Source: Carcharhinus amblyrhynchos (taxonomy: Eukaryota). From it: a DNA stretch of 64,000 bases. The notes under the pieces are model-generated. The model saw only the letters and a program-made list of their open reading frames with translations, had not been told where the DNA came from and did no database searches. The stretch lies in the NCBI GenBank assembly GCA_965287045.1, contig OZ336877.1:63798001-63862000 (forward strand), written 5' to 3'. This document shows positions 12,325 to 26,822 of the stretch, piece after piece. The position numbers were made by a program, and so were the translations under genes. How positions within the stretch are numbered: position 1 is the first letter of the stretch; each line of letters begins with the position of its first letter.

Positions 12325-13059
12325 AAGACATTCTTCTGGCTCCAAGGACTCGAATTAAAGATATTGGCTCCAAGGCAGGGACACTGCTCACTGCGCCACA
12401 AGACCTGATCTGAGTTCACGATCACTAAAAGTAATGATGCAGATTATAAAGTCCACTTTTTAAAAAAACAAGGAAAGCGTCAGAGTTCATTTCTAGTGGA
12501 TTAGATTTGAAAAGCAAAGAAGTTGGGCATAATTTTCCCACCCAGCTATCCTATTCAATTCGGAGGCTGGCGGGGCATGTGAGCAGGAGGCCGGTAATGC
12601 CTGGGGGCAGCCATTCCCATGGGGGGAAAGGCCATGTCCATGGACATGAGGGGGGGGGGGGCGGCGATGTCAACTGATCTCTCAATATACTGGGAGATTA
12701 GGCACATGCGCAGTGGCCCCCTGAGCACTCTGCTGCCTGGCTCTCTGGTGGATTTAGGCTCCCATTTTCCCACCTGTTGGACACAGAATTATTTTGGGAG
12801 ACTCACCCCTGTTGCATTAACTTTGTATCCAATCTTGATCAGACCACACTTGGAGTACAGTGAACCAGGTTCCATCTTATAAAAATGACAGGGCGCTGAA
12901 GAATGTGAAAACAAAAATTATTAGAACAGTACCAGAACTGATATGCTTATACTTATCAGATTATACATAAAGAAAAATTCTCCAGAAAATTGTAAACTGA
13001 GGAGTGGCTTAACAGACGCCATTAAGATTATGAAAAGACTTGATCAGCCATTTTTATTG

Positions 13060-13795
13060 AGAAAAGAAAGACTTGCGCTTATACAATGCTTTTCATGACT
13101 TTCTAACGTCTGAAAGCACTTTACAGCCAAAGAAGTACATTTTGAAATGTAGTCAATGTTGTAATGTAAGAAACACAGCAGCCAGTGGGCAGCACAGTGG
13201 CACAATGGTTAGTACTGCTGCCTCGTAGTGCCAGAGGCCCGGGTTCGATTCCCAGTTCAGGTCACTCTCTGTGTGAAGTCAGTACGTTCTCCCCATGACT
13301 GCATGGGTTTCCTTCACATGCTTTGGTTTCCTCCCACCATCCAAAAGATTTGCTGGTTAAGTACATTGGCCAGGCTAAATTCTTCCTCAGTCTACCCGAA
13401 CAGGCGTCCAAGTGTGGCAACTAAAGTACTTTCACAGTAACTTCATTACAGTGTTAATGTAAGCCTGTTTGTGACACTAATAAATGAACTTTAAGGTGAT
13501 AATGACCAGCTACTCTGTTTTGTAAGGTTAACTGAGAGATAAATATTGGCCAGGGCACCCAGAATACTCTTTTGCTCTCCTTCAAAATAGTGGCATGGGA
13601 TCTTTTACATCTGCCCATGCAAGCAGATGGGATCTCACTTTAACATTTCATCTTAAAGATGGCACCTTTGACGATGTAGCGCTTCCTCAGTACTGCACCA
13701 GGATGTCAGCCTGAATTGTTGGGTTCAGGTCCTGGCATAGGACTGGAACCCGTATACTTTAGAAATAACCATGCAACCAACTGAGCCACTGCTGA
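13060..13795 (-). mobile_element. DeuSINE (SacSINE1-like), near complete, interrupted by a V-SINE
   Basis: Reverse complement has a tRNA-like head, Deu-domain-like ggccaatatttatctctca...ctggtcattatcac, and a tail ending gcaagtctttctttt. Confidence 0.75.
13187..13493 (+). mobile_element. V-SINE type B nested in a DeuSINE
   Basis: Head, core and type B tail ending gtgacactaataaa. Confidence 0.85.
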
Positions 13796-16700
13796 TGCTG
13801 CAAGGTGGAGACGTTTTTATTTGTGGTGGAGACCTGAACTAGGGGCCATAAGTATAAGAAAGTCATTAATAAATCTAAAGGAATCCAGGAAAGGCTTCTT
13901 TATCTGGACTGTGGTTAGAAAATGGAACTTGCTACCATAAAAAAAGTTGTGTCAAGTAACATGAATGCATTTAAGGGAAAGCTAGACAAACAAAAGGGAG
14001 AAAAAAGGAAGAGAAGGGTAGGTTGACAGGGATTAGATGAAGAAGGACGGAAAGAGATTGGGTGGAATTCTCCCATCTGGGAGTATGTCCGTGGCGAGAT
14101 GGGGAACAAGGAGTGTTTCCTGCTGTGGAGGCTAATGGGAAACCATGATTTATCATCTGGGCCCAACCGCATTAATTGTACACTCAGCTCCATTATCCAT
14201 GCCAGAGCGGACTTGATTGAATGTGTTCCACTGTTACATAGGGGTGTCATTTGAAAAGGTAACCAACATCACTGATCCATCATTAAAGAAAAAAGATGGA
14301 TCGCCTCAAGTTAGCAGCTGGACCTCCAGGAACACTCTGAGATTGGAAGATGGACTTCCTCAATGACACTGAAGCTGGAAGATCCCCTGATGGGTGCTTC
14401 TCCCACCCACTGCTGTGGTATTCCAGGGTCTAAGATTGCTGCTGGTCTCCACCTTGAACTCTAGAGGCAATTCCAGGTATTGTTCAGTTAAGCTCTGACT
14501 TCTGCACACTATGTTGTTCCGGATGTCTTCTGGACCACTGTGCTTTTCTGCCAGCATTGTGAAGAATCAGGAGTGAGAGATTCCAGTTGGATCTTCATCT
14601 GCATCCCATTGGTGGGTTGCAAATCAATTTCATGCCAACCATCGGCAGGCTTCCTGATCCGCCATGGCAGGCACCAATTGAAGATCCCACAAGAAATTCC
14701 CACTGGTGTAAACCCGAGGCCAGAATTCTCTGACCTTGCCTGCAGCCAGGGTTTTCCGGTCCCGCCGCTGTGAATGACCAAGTGCCAAATTCTCCATACT
14801 CATTGGCAGTAGCAGCCAGGTGTGCAAGATGGAGAATACCAGCCCAGTTTTTGGACTCTCACTGAATTCTGACCCCCTGCCCTCCAGTTCCTTCCCAGTA
14901 TTGAATCCGGCGACGGGAGCAATGGGAGAATTCCGCCCATTGCATGGAGTGGAAATGCTAGCGTACAATTGTTGGACTGAGTGACCTGTTTCTATACTGT
15001 AAGTATTCTGTCACAGATACAGTATTTCAAGATTTTTTCTTTATTTCAACTTCACTTATGCATAGCACATCATTCATTCCTTGAACCAAGGAGATGGGCT
15101 GAGAATTTTCTTCCACTCCTCATAGAATACTTTTCTGTTCTCATCCTATATGCGGGTCATGAAAGTGGCTTAGGTTGACAATTTCTGGTCTTCTCTTTAT
15201 CCCTTCATTCAACATTTTCTCTGCCATGGATCTGGCCATGTGAGGCTGGTGCTAAAACTCCTGAATGAAGCATTAATCTATCAATATATGTTGTCACTGA
15301 TTCATTTCAATTGTATAATTATTTGCTTTGAGTTGAAAAAGGTCATAATTTTAATTATAAAATATTTAAAATCACTGGGCCAGAAACTCCAGTGTTTTGG
15401 TAAAGCATAACTCAGTAACTGTGAGGAAGCAGGGTTTCAAATAGATTCTTGGAATGAATAGACCAGTTTTATGCTTCTAATGTGCATCCTAAATTTAGCT
15501 CTAAGTGAGATAGAATACAAGCTTTGCCTGTAAGTTACAGTCATTCCAACACAGTGTTTAAACCGGAGTGACATATCTTGGAAGAAACTGAACTACATCA
15601 AACCCACATATTGGGAATGAATGGAGCATTAGCAGGGTGAATTCCAGGCAGCTTCTAAAATTCCAGGGTGCGTGCCTGAAAATGGTATTAAGCCCATTTA
15701 TTCGATTAATCACTGGTTTAATATCTATTTTGAAATGAACAGAGCATGTAGCACCTTGCTGTGTTCTGCTTTTCTGTGTCTACACTGGCCTCACTAGTAA
15801 ATTTTAATAGAGCTACTTGAGACCATTGAGAAAGGGAATGTTAATGCAGAGACAGAAAGGGCACTCTTGCTCCTTCTTGTTCTCTAGTAGTATTGTGGAC
15901 CACCACTAATCTGGATTCTCCCTGTTCCATTCACCTTTCCCAAAGGATTTACTTGCAGGTCCGCACAGTATGCAAAGCAACCAGTTTTGCAAATGTCTTT
16001 CAACAAGCTGCATTGGAATGCTCAATTAGCATCTGCAGCTCATCCATTTTATCCAAAAGAGATGACCAATTTTTGATGGTTTTAAGCAGATGATTTCAGG
16101 TCAATTTCCAATGCTAGGATAAATTAGTTTGTCATATATCCTATATTTTGAATTATGCCCTAAGATCAGTTAATCAAGTTTATGTCACTAGAAGAAAGGG
16201 ATATCCACACACATTAACTGAGTGTCCAAATTCTGCTCTTCCTTTACCATCCTCCTTTAAAGTGACCGACTTGACCAAGATTTTTGCCTTCCATCTTAAT
16301 GGCCTAAATCTCCTGGTCAGTGCATTATGTATCCTCAGCTGAGAGCCCAGACATCTATTACAGTAGTAAAACACTTGTTCCCCAGAGGCAATATTGTTTG
16401 ATGGCTTAGTTTCTAATCTCTGCTGTCAATATCACAATGTTTGTTTATACAAGTTAAGTGGTTTTGAGGGGTTGTGGTTTGTGTTATTTTTATTGGGTGA
16501 TTTACACTTTTATTAGCTTATGGTGAAGACCTTTTTTAATATCTGACAGCTATGAATGAATAAGCCTTTTACAAATTTTTTTTAGATATGCAATTATTCA
16601 CTATAGGTTTCAATGGTTCTAGATAGTGTACAGTGGGTCAATGGGCATGGAAATATGGTAGTTTAATATAGGCCAATTGAGGGGCCATGGGTCGTTGGAA

Positions 16701-18195
16701 AAGCAGAGATTGGCCTGGAGGCATGAGGGGCAATAGACAGTGCGTTGAAGAGCAGATCTTCACAAATGGATCAAGAAAGTGAGTAGAAGGGTAGCACTTG
16801 GCATGAGAGGCAAGTGAGGCCAACGGCCATGGGTGGGGGCATGAGGTGTTCTGTGCAGGCCTTGGCAAGTGTTTAGAGTGTGAGAGATCAGAGATTGGAG
16901 GGGTATTACGTTATTATTTTAACTGGGACAAAGTCCCACAGCACCATGGCAGGCCTTTTAAACAGACTGCCCTTTCAACTGCTTCCAAATTAATAAAACT
17001 CTAGGGCCGGAATTTTCCCATACCACTGCAGTTAATGGAGATTTGGCTGGGTGCCAAATTCTCTGACTTCACTGCAGCAGGAGAATGGCGTGGACAGCTG
17101 ATAGGATCACACCATAGGATATCATGAGGCTCTATCTTAAGACAAGCTCCTTCTTTCTGTATTCCTTAGCATCGTACCGCATAATGATTTTCCAAATGAG
17201 TCATATGTTGGCAGCAATTCCAGTTGAAGCACTGATAGATAAGTTTAAATAACTAGAACGTCGTTTTTTAATAAAAATGAAATTTTAGCATTTATGGTTG
17301 GGCTTTAAGATTGAAGACTTGGCTTAACAGTTGTACCAATACAGTCAGTAACACCATGGCACTGACTTAGAATTATTACTGAGCCCAATAGCATTGGTTT
17401 ATAGCTGAGATAAGATCATTGTTGAAAGAGCTTTCACATGACCCCTTTAAGTCTGCTTCCATTTGGAAGACTGAAATTATAATGGAGCCACTGTGTGTGT
17501 GCAGTTATTTCCTGATGGCGCACTTACTTGATCACAATAAATACAAGTATATCCTATTTCAGACTTATGTAATCACTTAGACATCTTGGTGTCTGAAATA
17601 TTTATAAATATTGTGAGATGAGCATAAACGGTGTTTCACTGAAGCTCTTTTAAAGTTCACAAATAACATCAACTGTGGCTATCTCATTGTAGATCTAGGA
17701 AACGAAAGGCCATAGCAAAAAGCATTTTCCAAATCCTGATTTTAAAAACTCTGGTGTTAAACATATGTGCAATGGAAAATATCACCTGGGGCAACAGATT
17801 GCTGTTTTCTGAAGTGGCAATCAACATAGCATGTGAAGTAACTGTTTAGTGCACTGCACAATATGCAGTAAGGTTGCTTATACTGTAACTGAAAATGGCC
17901 TGTTAGCATTTAGCATTTTAGTCTCTCACTGCTTCAAATTAAAATGCATTTTACACATAAACTAATTTCTTGGTCAGAAGATAGTTACAGAAGTCATTTC
18001 TTTTCAATGTATAATTTTATATTAACTTTCAATAACATGTATTTTCATAATTGGTTTAGGAATAATGACAGTAAAGCAGGTGAGATCAATCTGATCATAG
18101 TATAATCAAAGCCATCAATCTCAGTGTACAAATGTGTGTTTTTCTTCAGTACATTTTATTTATTATTTCCCCACCACCATCATTTTCTTTTCCAG

Positions 18196-18474
18196 ATGCA
18201 TGATCTGGGAAACACAGAAACTACTCATTACAGTGCTCACCCACAGATGTCAATTATGAGATCTGCTATCCGATCTACAGACATCAGACAGCTGGGAGCA
18301 ATGCAACGTAGTCAGCTGACCACTATAAACCAGTCACAACTCAGTGCACAACTTGGTCTTAATATGGGAGGAAATGCTGTCCAACACAGCTCACCATCCC
18401 CACCAGGAAGCAAGTCTGCTACTCCATCACCATCCAGCTCAGTTCATGAAGATGAAACCGATGAGGCATCCAAG
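18196..18474 (+). CDS. TOX: TOX coding exon (equivalent to human exon 4), phase 0/0, 279 bp
   Basis: Polypyrimidine tract and ccAG acceptor, AAG|GT donor. Translates MHDLGNTETTHYSAHPQM...QLTTINQSQLSAQLGLNMGG...SPSPPGSKSATPSPSSSVHEDETDEASK, matching the TOX sequence as I recall it. Confidence 0.95.
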
Positions 18475-19744
18475 GTGTGTAAAGCCATGTTACGTAAAGC
18501 TTCCAATGCAATAACTTGGAGGAATCACTGAGCTAGACAGTGTAAAGAAACAGAACTAAGCATGGTAGAGATCTGTCATTCATCCAAGATCATTAACTCA
18601 ACAGATATGGGGATAGTGCAGAAAGGTGGAGTTGAGGTTGAAGATCAACCATGATGTAAATGAATGATGAATCAGACTCAAAGGGTTGAATGGCCTATCT
18701 CTGCTCATTTCATGTTCTAAAGGTTCATCAGCAATTTGTGTTTATGTGTTTAAATCTAACTCCCTTGAGTATCAACACTTCCAGCCTGTTCCAAAAATAT
18801 CATTTTCACTTAACGTTTGAGCAAATCAATCTAAAGTGAGGAAAAAATAGGCAATCCCCACCTTTCCTCAAGGATAACATAAAGTTCAAAATCATGCGAT
18901 TTTAACTAAATGCTGACAGTGAAATACCTTTAAGAAAATACATGCCCACAGTATTAAAACATCCATTGCTTTGGTGTTGCCTATCCAGATAGGATGCTGA
19001 TAGAATTAATTCCACACTTTATTCTCAGGCTTGTTACATGAACACAAATGTTGAGACATTTTGAACAGAATTTTTTAAAATACATTTGTTAAATGTAAAT
19101 CATGGTTTTCAGGAAAAAAATGGATATTTAATAGTGCATTTTAATCTCCAGCATATTTGTTAAAGTCCGGTGAGGAATTGAAAAGCACAGTCACAAGGTG
19201 TGAAATGGGGAAAAAAAAATTAATTTCTGAACATGGGCAACTGTACAAAGAAATAATTACCAAAAGTATTTCCTGAAAGCATTTTGAATGTTAACACCCT
19301 GATAAAATTAAGTTTATATTTAATCTACTAAACCAGACTTGGGAATCCTGGGGTTGATCTCAAGATTTCTGGTCCATCACAGCAATGCCATCCCATAGGC
19401 TTTGACAACATCGAGTACATGGAGGAAACAATTCTAATAATAATGCTAAGCAATGGCCAGAATCAAGCCCAACCTCTCAGAATTAAGGAAGTTTAGTGCA
19501 CATATAAAAAGATAAGGGCACATATACATAGCAATCAGAAAAGAACAAGAGTTTATATTACCACTAAGGCCTTGAACTGCTGAATTTATGCAAAATCTTA
19601 TATCTGTTCCCTCCTTATGACAAGGACTTAGTTCAGATAGGATTTGGAAGACTCAGTGATTGATTCCAATAATGAAGAGAAAATAGCCCTTAAAATATAG
19701 GGGGTGGTGTGATGGGCTTTCCACTCTCTCCTTATAGCTGTCAT

Positions 19745-20062
19745 GGGTGGCACGATGACACAGTCATTAGCACTACCACCTTACAGTGCCAGGGACCTGG
19801 ATTCGATTCCCGGCTTGGATCACTGTCTGTGTGGAGTTTGCACATTTTCCACGCGTTTGCGTGGATTTCCTCCGGGTGCTCCGGTTTCCTCTCACATTCC
19901 AAAGACGTGCGGATTAGATGGATTGACCATGGTAAATTACCCCTTAGTGTCAGGGGGACTAGCTAGAGTAAATTTATGGGCGTTGGGCCTTGTTGGGATT
20001 ACAGTCAGTGCAGACTTGATGGGCCAAATGGCCTCTTTCTGCACTGTAGGATTCTATGATTC
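19745..20062 (+). mobile_element. HE1-like V-SINE, CR1-type tail
   Basis: Same head, core and tail as the copy at 995-1365. Confidence 0.85.
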
Positions 20063-20082
20063 AAAATGGAAAATGGAAGAAC

Positions 20083-20604
20083 TGGCCTTGGAGGGAGTGC
20101 AGAGGAGGTTTACTAGGCTGATACCAGAGTTGAGGGGGTTGAGCTATGAGGAGAGGCTGAATAAACTAGGCTTGTACTCGTTAGAGTTTAGAAGAATGAG
20201 GGGAGATCTCATTGAGACATATAAGATGATGAATGGGATGGATAGGATAGAGGTGGAGAGACTCTTCCCGCTCAGAAAGGACAGTAGGACTAGGGGGCAC
20301 AGCCTCAAGATAAAGGGGGGGCGGTTTAGAACAGAGTTGAGGAGGAACTTCTTCACTCAAAAGGTGGTGAATCTCTGGAATTCTCTGCCCATTGAGGTGG
20401 TGGAGGCTACCTCGCTAAATATTTTTAAGACGCGGGTTGATGGGTTTTTGATAAGAGAGGGGATTAAGGGTTATGGGGAGAGGGCGGGAATGTGGAACTG
20501 AGGCACAATAGATCAGCCATGATCTTATTGAATGGCAGGGCAGGCTCGAAGGGCTAGATGGCCTACTCCTGCTCCTATTTCTTATGTTCTTATTATGTTC
20601 TTAT
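20083..20604 (+). mobile_element. 5'-truncated CR1, young family
   Basis: Same ORF2 C-terminus and 3' tail as the full-length copy. Confidence 0.93.
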
Positions 20605-22283
20605 CAGGAAAACAGTATACTGAGAGTGCCATTTCTCTAAGACCCCTGTTGCTTCCTATACTAAGTTGTGGTAGAGGACAGTAAGTCTTCTGAAAGTCTA
20701 TGCCAATATTTTCTTTACCTTTGTGTTTGTAAAGGTGCTTGGAAATTGAATTCTTCTACTTTCAGACAGAAAGTGACAGCATTAAAAAGTTTCAATTTCA
20801 GCTGACCTGTACTATTATCAGGGGACAATTTTGAGCCTCCTTTCGCCATCGGTGCAAATGCTGGCAGGACCTTAAGATCCGGAAGTCGCAGTTCTCAATT
20901 TTGAATCTTCCCTGTTGGCAATGTCATCAAGCTCATACCCATAACAGGCGTGAACCTGCTTTACAGTCATTTGATTAGATTTAAATGTTATTTACCTGCC
21001 CCATCACCAGATATTGATTCCCAACGCCCCCCCCCCCCCCCCCGCCATATATTGACACCAGGTTCACAGCAGGCTCACACAGTGAGCCTGTTGTGGCGGT
21101 CTCCCAGGGGGCGTAGAGGTAAGTATACCCTCCGAGGGAGAGAGACATGACCAGGCAGTGTCCTTGCAATGCTTCTTGGCACTGCCCCTTGGCACAGGTT
21201 GGCATTGCCAGGTTGGCACTATGTCTGTGACTACCTGGAAGTGACAATTTGGTAGTGCTCACTTGGCATTGCCAACCTGTGCTGAGGGGCAGGCCCAGTC
21301 GGAGCCTCATGGGGAGGGGGGGGCTTCATTTAAATGTGGTGGTGGATAGAGGAACTGTGGTTGCTGGCAATGGCCGCAGGGATGGGGGAGGTGGATGCTG
21401 GCTCAGACTGTGGGGGAGAGGGTTGTAGATGGGGCTGATGACCGGTAAGAGAGAGGGGGCCAATGTCAGGAAGGGGGCCCTGAAACCTCTGCAGTGAGGC
21501 ACAGGGGAGGTTGTGCAAATTATGATAAGGGCATCCTTTAAAGACAGCGCCCGGATCTCTGTGCAGATGGGTTTTGCCGGTATGTATAGGGTGCGCCTCT
21601 TTAGTTTTTTAAACAGTTCTGTAAAATCTGGAGAGAAAACCAACCTGTTTCTCTCTCACTGGAAACAACACCCTGCCATTTTGTGGTAAGATGTAGCCCA
21701 TCGAATTGGCCATCATTGGAAAGGACATTGAACATATAATGGGCAGCCTAAAATAAAAACTGCCAGTTTTACACAATAAAATTGTAATTTAATGCTCCTC
21801 CCCTTCCCCCACCAGTGGTAAGCCTGGAGGAGGAGGGGCATTTAGTCAGGCAGGATGGTGCAGAGTACAAATCCCAGTGCCTCCCCATGCCCACCCAATC
21901 AATTCTGGGAATAAATGCTTGTGAACAGCATTCCCACCCAGATGCTAACTGAGGCCCTTAAGCAAGCAAGCAGTGCCTCCTTCAGGGCCCCATCCTTCCA
22001 TCACTGGAATTCATCTGATGGTTAGCAGGGGAATCACCATGCTCGGTGCCCAAAAAGTAAATACTATGTAGCTTCCAGGGAAGATCCCTCGTTGATCGAG
22101 AGACCAGGCATCTGGAAAGAGTGGGCCTGTTTGAGCCATTGCCTGCCCTTTCCTCCATCCTCCACCTCCCAATTTTAGCCTTTCCCCTTCCCAGAACCCC
22201 CATCCCATCCTCATGTATCCGTGATCTGGGTCCCTCTGCTATCCCAGGCCTCTTGTGGATTCATTACCAGTAGCAGCTACCTC

Positions 22284-22598
22284 TCATAGAATCCACAGAA
22301 TCATGAAATCCCTACAGTGCAGAAGGAGGCCATTTGGTCCATTGGGTCTGCACTGATTACAATCCCACCCAGCCCCATTCCCGTAACCCCACATATTTAC
22401 CCTGCTAATCCCCCTGACGCTAAGGGGCAATTTATCATTGACAATCAACCTAACCGCACATCTTTGGACTGAGAGAGGAAACTAGAAACTCACACAGACA
22501 CGGGGAGAATGTGCAAACTCCACACAGACAGTGACCCAAGGCTGGAATTGAACCGGGTCCCTGGTGCTGTGAGGCAGCAGTGCTAATCACTGTGCCAC
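22284..22598 (-). mobile_element. HE1-like V-SINE, CR1-type tail
   Basis: Same head, core and (ATTCTATG)n-like tail. Confidence 0.85.
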
Positions 22599-22820
22599 TC
22601 CTGGAGGTGCTGATGGCGATGGAGACCTGCTGGTCTCTGGCTGGTTGACATTTCTTGGAGGACTGTGATTTCCACTTCCAGGGTCCTAACCTGAAGGGAA
22701 GGCCCACTGTTAGCCAATTATGTGCCTAAGGGGCCAATTCTCTAGCTGGTGGGCTAGACCACTGTTGCCAACATTTAATTTTGCCTGATGTTTATATCTT
22801 GCAAATTAGTCTGTATTTGA

Positions 22821-23106
22821 AAGTTTATTTATTTTATTAGTGTCTTAAGTAGGCTTATATTAACACCGCAATGAAGTTACTGTGAAAATCCCCTAGTCGC
22901 TAAACTCCAGCGTCTGTTCGGGCACACTGACGGAGAATTTAGAATGCACCTAACCAGCCTTTTGGACTGTAAGAGGTAACCAGAGCACCTGGAGGAACCC
23001 AAATAGACACAGGGAGAATGTGCAGACAGTGACCCAAGGCAGGAATCGAACCCAGGTCCCTGGTGCGGTGAGACAACAGTGCTAACCACTGTGCCATCGT
23101 GCTGCC
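22821..23106 (-). mobile_element. V-SINE type B
   Basis: Reverse complement matches the copies at 13187 and 26823. Confidence 0.85.
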
Positions 23107-26100
23107 AACCTAGGTTCCCTGAAGTGCAAAGCCTCAGAATTGTCAAACACACCATTCCACTCAACACATCAACGATGACATATTATCAAATCTACAATCA
23201 TTTAAATTTCAAAAGAAAGCCAATTCCAACACAGGACAATTAGGAGCAGGAGCAGGCTATTTGGCCCCTTGACCCTATGCAGTATCATGGCTTATTTTAT
23301 ATGGTCTCAACTCCACTTTCCTGCCTTCCCCAAAAAACACCTGCCTCTGTTGTCAATCAAGAAATCAACCTTAGATCGCAAGAGATAGATTACTGAATGG
23401 GAAAGAAATGTATGCTACTGGAGGCAATGCACTGAGCGAGAATAAGAACCATATGAAGTGGAACTGAGATACTTTCTGTGAGAAGATGCAGGTTATCAAA
23501 AGATGCAGATCCCTAATGTTATAATTTCTTTTCCCTGGGTCAGAGAATTAGGTAGCACACAGACAGGGATGTAAAGTTTCACGATGGAAAATGAGTTCAG
23601 ATGAAGGCAGAATGAGTAGAAATGAGGACTAGCTGTAACCAATTAAATCCCAATGTATAAATTGTGGAATTATTTACAATTAAATCATTCTTTTGTTTTG
23701 CTTTTTTTTACATTTAAGCTAAAAGGCTGTTTGCTGATGTAATTTGTGTTCGAACCAGTATTAGGATCAACTTACTGCAGGTTAGGAGACCTGAATCTTG
23801 GTATAACAGGAAGAAAATATTTCTAATTTCTCTGACATAAGATAAATTATTTTTCAAAAATTAAACCTAAAAGGAAGCACTTTAATTCTCATACTTATTT
23901 TTCCACTTATTTAACCCTTGCTTATTTTTCCATAAATTTATTACTTCTAACATAAGATGATTGGAACTATCCAAAAAAGAAAATAGATTATTAAAAGAGA
24001 AACGTTAACATAAAAGTTTTACATTTCAAAGTAAGTTTATTTGGTGTGATTTCACTTACACAATGTAATCATTCTCTGCAGGAATCTGGCTGTAATATGA
24101 CTCCCTTTAGAGTGAATGTTCATTGAAAGAAAATGGCATTAAGATCATAAATAAAAAGTTCATTTTCCCTGGTGGTTTGGCAAGTTTCTTCATTGAGTAG
24201 TTCAAGTACAGACTAGGAGCACTCCAAATTTGTACAGTTAGCTAATCTTTGCTTGGAATGGGCATTTCTAGGTTATGGAGTACTAGTTTTTTAAATAGCT
24301 AAAGTTCCTGCTCCCAGACAGTATCAAACATCTTCATGTGTGCTGACAAGTGGTAAAAACTGTACCAGCTCAACTCTGATGTCTCCAGTGCTTTGATAGT
24401 CTTTTAGTGCTCATAGTGACGATTCACAGTGAGAGACAGAAGATGACTGCATTCTGTGGTACCACATCCAATTAGCAATCAATGGGAGAGAATTTCCTTG
24501 CAATTGCTCCTATTCTGCCACCGTAACTTTGGTGATAATTTGTCATAAACTCCATTTAGGTGTAGAAATTGGTTTTCCACTGAATATTTCACCAAAATTG
24601 CAATGGTTGAACAGGAAACGCCTCAAGGACATTCATCTCCAATGTCTTCAAATGAAGAGAAGGGAATGAAAATATTCAAGAAAGAAAGTCCAGTTCATCA
24701 TAAATTCTCTAATGTCTTATGTTATTTTATGGATGATAAATTCTCATTGTCCTTTCACTTGGATGGATCTTAAAATGGATGGATTTTAAAATTGATATAT
24801 TCACTTTCAGAACCTTTGGGAATTAGTTGCTGCCCTGAAAGTTGCAAATAAATATTTCAGTAGATATTTCATTAAAATATTCCAAAAATGTCTGTTACCG
24901 GAGAGAGATATTACATCCTTCTATTCTGCCTTACTATCAGACATAGACTATATGAACAGCTTTGGTGTTTATTTGCTATTGAGTAGCTCGAGTTTTGTAA
25001 CTTTGCGTTGTAATATTTGTAATGATTTTAAATTTTAGGTTTGAAAAAGTTGTAGGAGGCATCAGATGAATAACTATACATATTACAGAGTGGAATATTT
25101 GAACAGAAAGTCCGGACAAGATGGGAAAAATGGTTTTCTCATGTAACTTCCCAGTTCAGTTGACAATTTTGTGAAAGTTATGGTCAATGGCCAGAGCGAA
25201 TGAAGTAGTGCAGCAGTATTAGAATAAAATTTAACCAGTTAATTTTCAACATATATCTTCCAGTGTGCTTTGTACTGTAGAATTGCAGCAGTGTTGTGAT
25301 TGTAAACAATACTGAAATTTTGCCAAAAGAAAATTGTTCCACATATTTTGTTTAAATAATTTCCTATAAAATTCCAATCTATTCTTTCCATCATATAAAT
25401 GCAAATTGAGAATATTGTTTAACAGTTTGGGTCACTATTCAGCTGGATTGCTGGGAAGAGAGAGTTTCAAACACTATAAATGAATATATATTTCAGGATG
25501 CATTGACTGTATTCATTTTTACACCTTGCAATGAAAATATTGTATAATATAGTTTAATTGGCCAATGTGATAAATCTATTTAGCTGAAAACTTTTATTTA
25601 GGTCACAGTAGGTTTATTGTACTGTTCTGCTTATTTAGTCAAGGTTTGCAAAACATTACTGCAAATCAAATAGCGAGAAATGACTGTTACCAATGTTACC
25701 ACATGAATGCTTAATGTACTTGCATCATATGTTTCTTTCCACTATTTTAACTGCAATGCTAAAATGATTGGATTGGCATTTATTAACTGTTTCCACAATC
25801 ATCACTAGTAAATTACCAGTAGTAATTTCCAGATTCTTTTACCTTGTATTATCTATGTTTGAGTGGTTAGTATTTGTACAAAATGACATAAAACACACAG
25901 AAGCATACATACACAGCAAAAAAAGGCATAATTCCAAATACATTACCAGATTATAAATATTTGATTCTTGTTGATTTAGTACTCTGTACTGCATTTCTAA
26001 TTTTCCAACTTGCTTTGCTGTTTAAATTCATGGTTTTTTAACAATAATTTTAATGATAACATGTAACGGTATGTTAAATGAAAATATAACATTGCAATAC

Positions 26101-26251
26101 ATCAAGAACCATTGCAAAATCACCACTAATTAGGTCACTAGATATTTGTATAGTGAATGAAGTACTTTTCGTTATTGGGAAAGATTGTAGCAGCTTAAAA
26201 TATAAATGTGATCATTATTAAATCAACACCTCTGGTTCTTGCATATCACAG

Positions 26252-26482
26252 ATGAACGGTGGTGAGAAACGGACAGCTGTAGATGTAGGAAAGAAACCCA
26301 AAACTCCAAAAAAGAAGAAAAAGAAGGATCCAAATGAGCCACAGAAACCTGTGTCTGCCTACGCCCTATTTTTTCGTGATACTCAAGCAGCTATCAAAGG
26401 TCAAAATCCAAATGCCACTTTTGGTGAAGTTTCAAAGATTGTTGCCTCAATGTGGGATGGTTTAGGTGAAGAACAAAAACAG
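26252..26482 (+). CDS. TOX: TOX coding exon (human exon 5 equivalent): basic NLS and first part of the HMG box, 231 bp
   Basis: cacAG acceptor, CAG|GTAAGA donor. Translates MNGGEKR...[64 protein letters not shown]; DGLGEEQKQ fits TOX rather than TOX2/3/4. Confidence 0.98.
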
Positions 26483-26822
26483 GTAAGAACAAGGACACAG
26501 TATTGAGCCATGTTGATTAATATGCAGTTCAGATCAGTGCAATATGAAAACACTCTAAATAATTCATGATATTTCTGTGTATTGGGCAAATACAGATTCT
26601 TCTCCTGGGTGGAAGGTCAATGTAAGTTCAGTGAGGCAGGAGCCCTGTCTGTATCATGGTGTCAATACTGACCGATTGTCTCTTGTTGAATGTCATTTAA
26701 GTGCTTGTAGCAGGATACTGAATCCAAATAGAGATCTCATCTTGAGAAGTGTTTGGGGGGGCGGGTTTGAACATTTTACTGCAGCAACACATGTGCTTCT
26801 GCCACAGAGCAATAGGACCACC

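Larger units (their letters stand above)
12820..14000 (+). mobile_element. Very old CR1 remnant split by a DeuSINE (13060-13795)
   Basis: IRPHLEY near 12840 and a TRGHKYK-like sequence near 13840. Confidence 0.55.

Noticed and set aside
19743-20501. 252-aa ORF
   Set aside because: Chance in-frame join of a V-SINE and an adjacent truncated CR1; no evidence of a gene.
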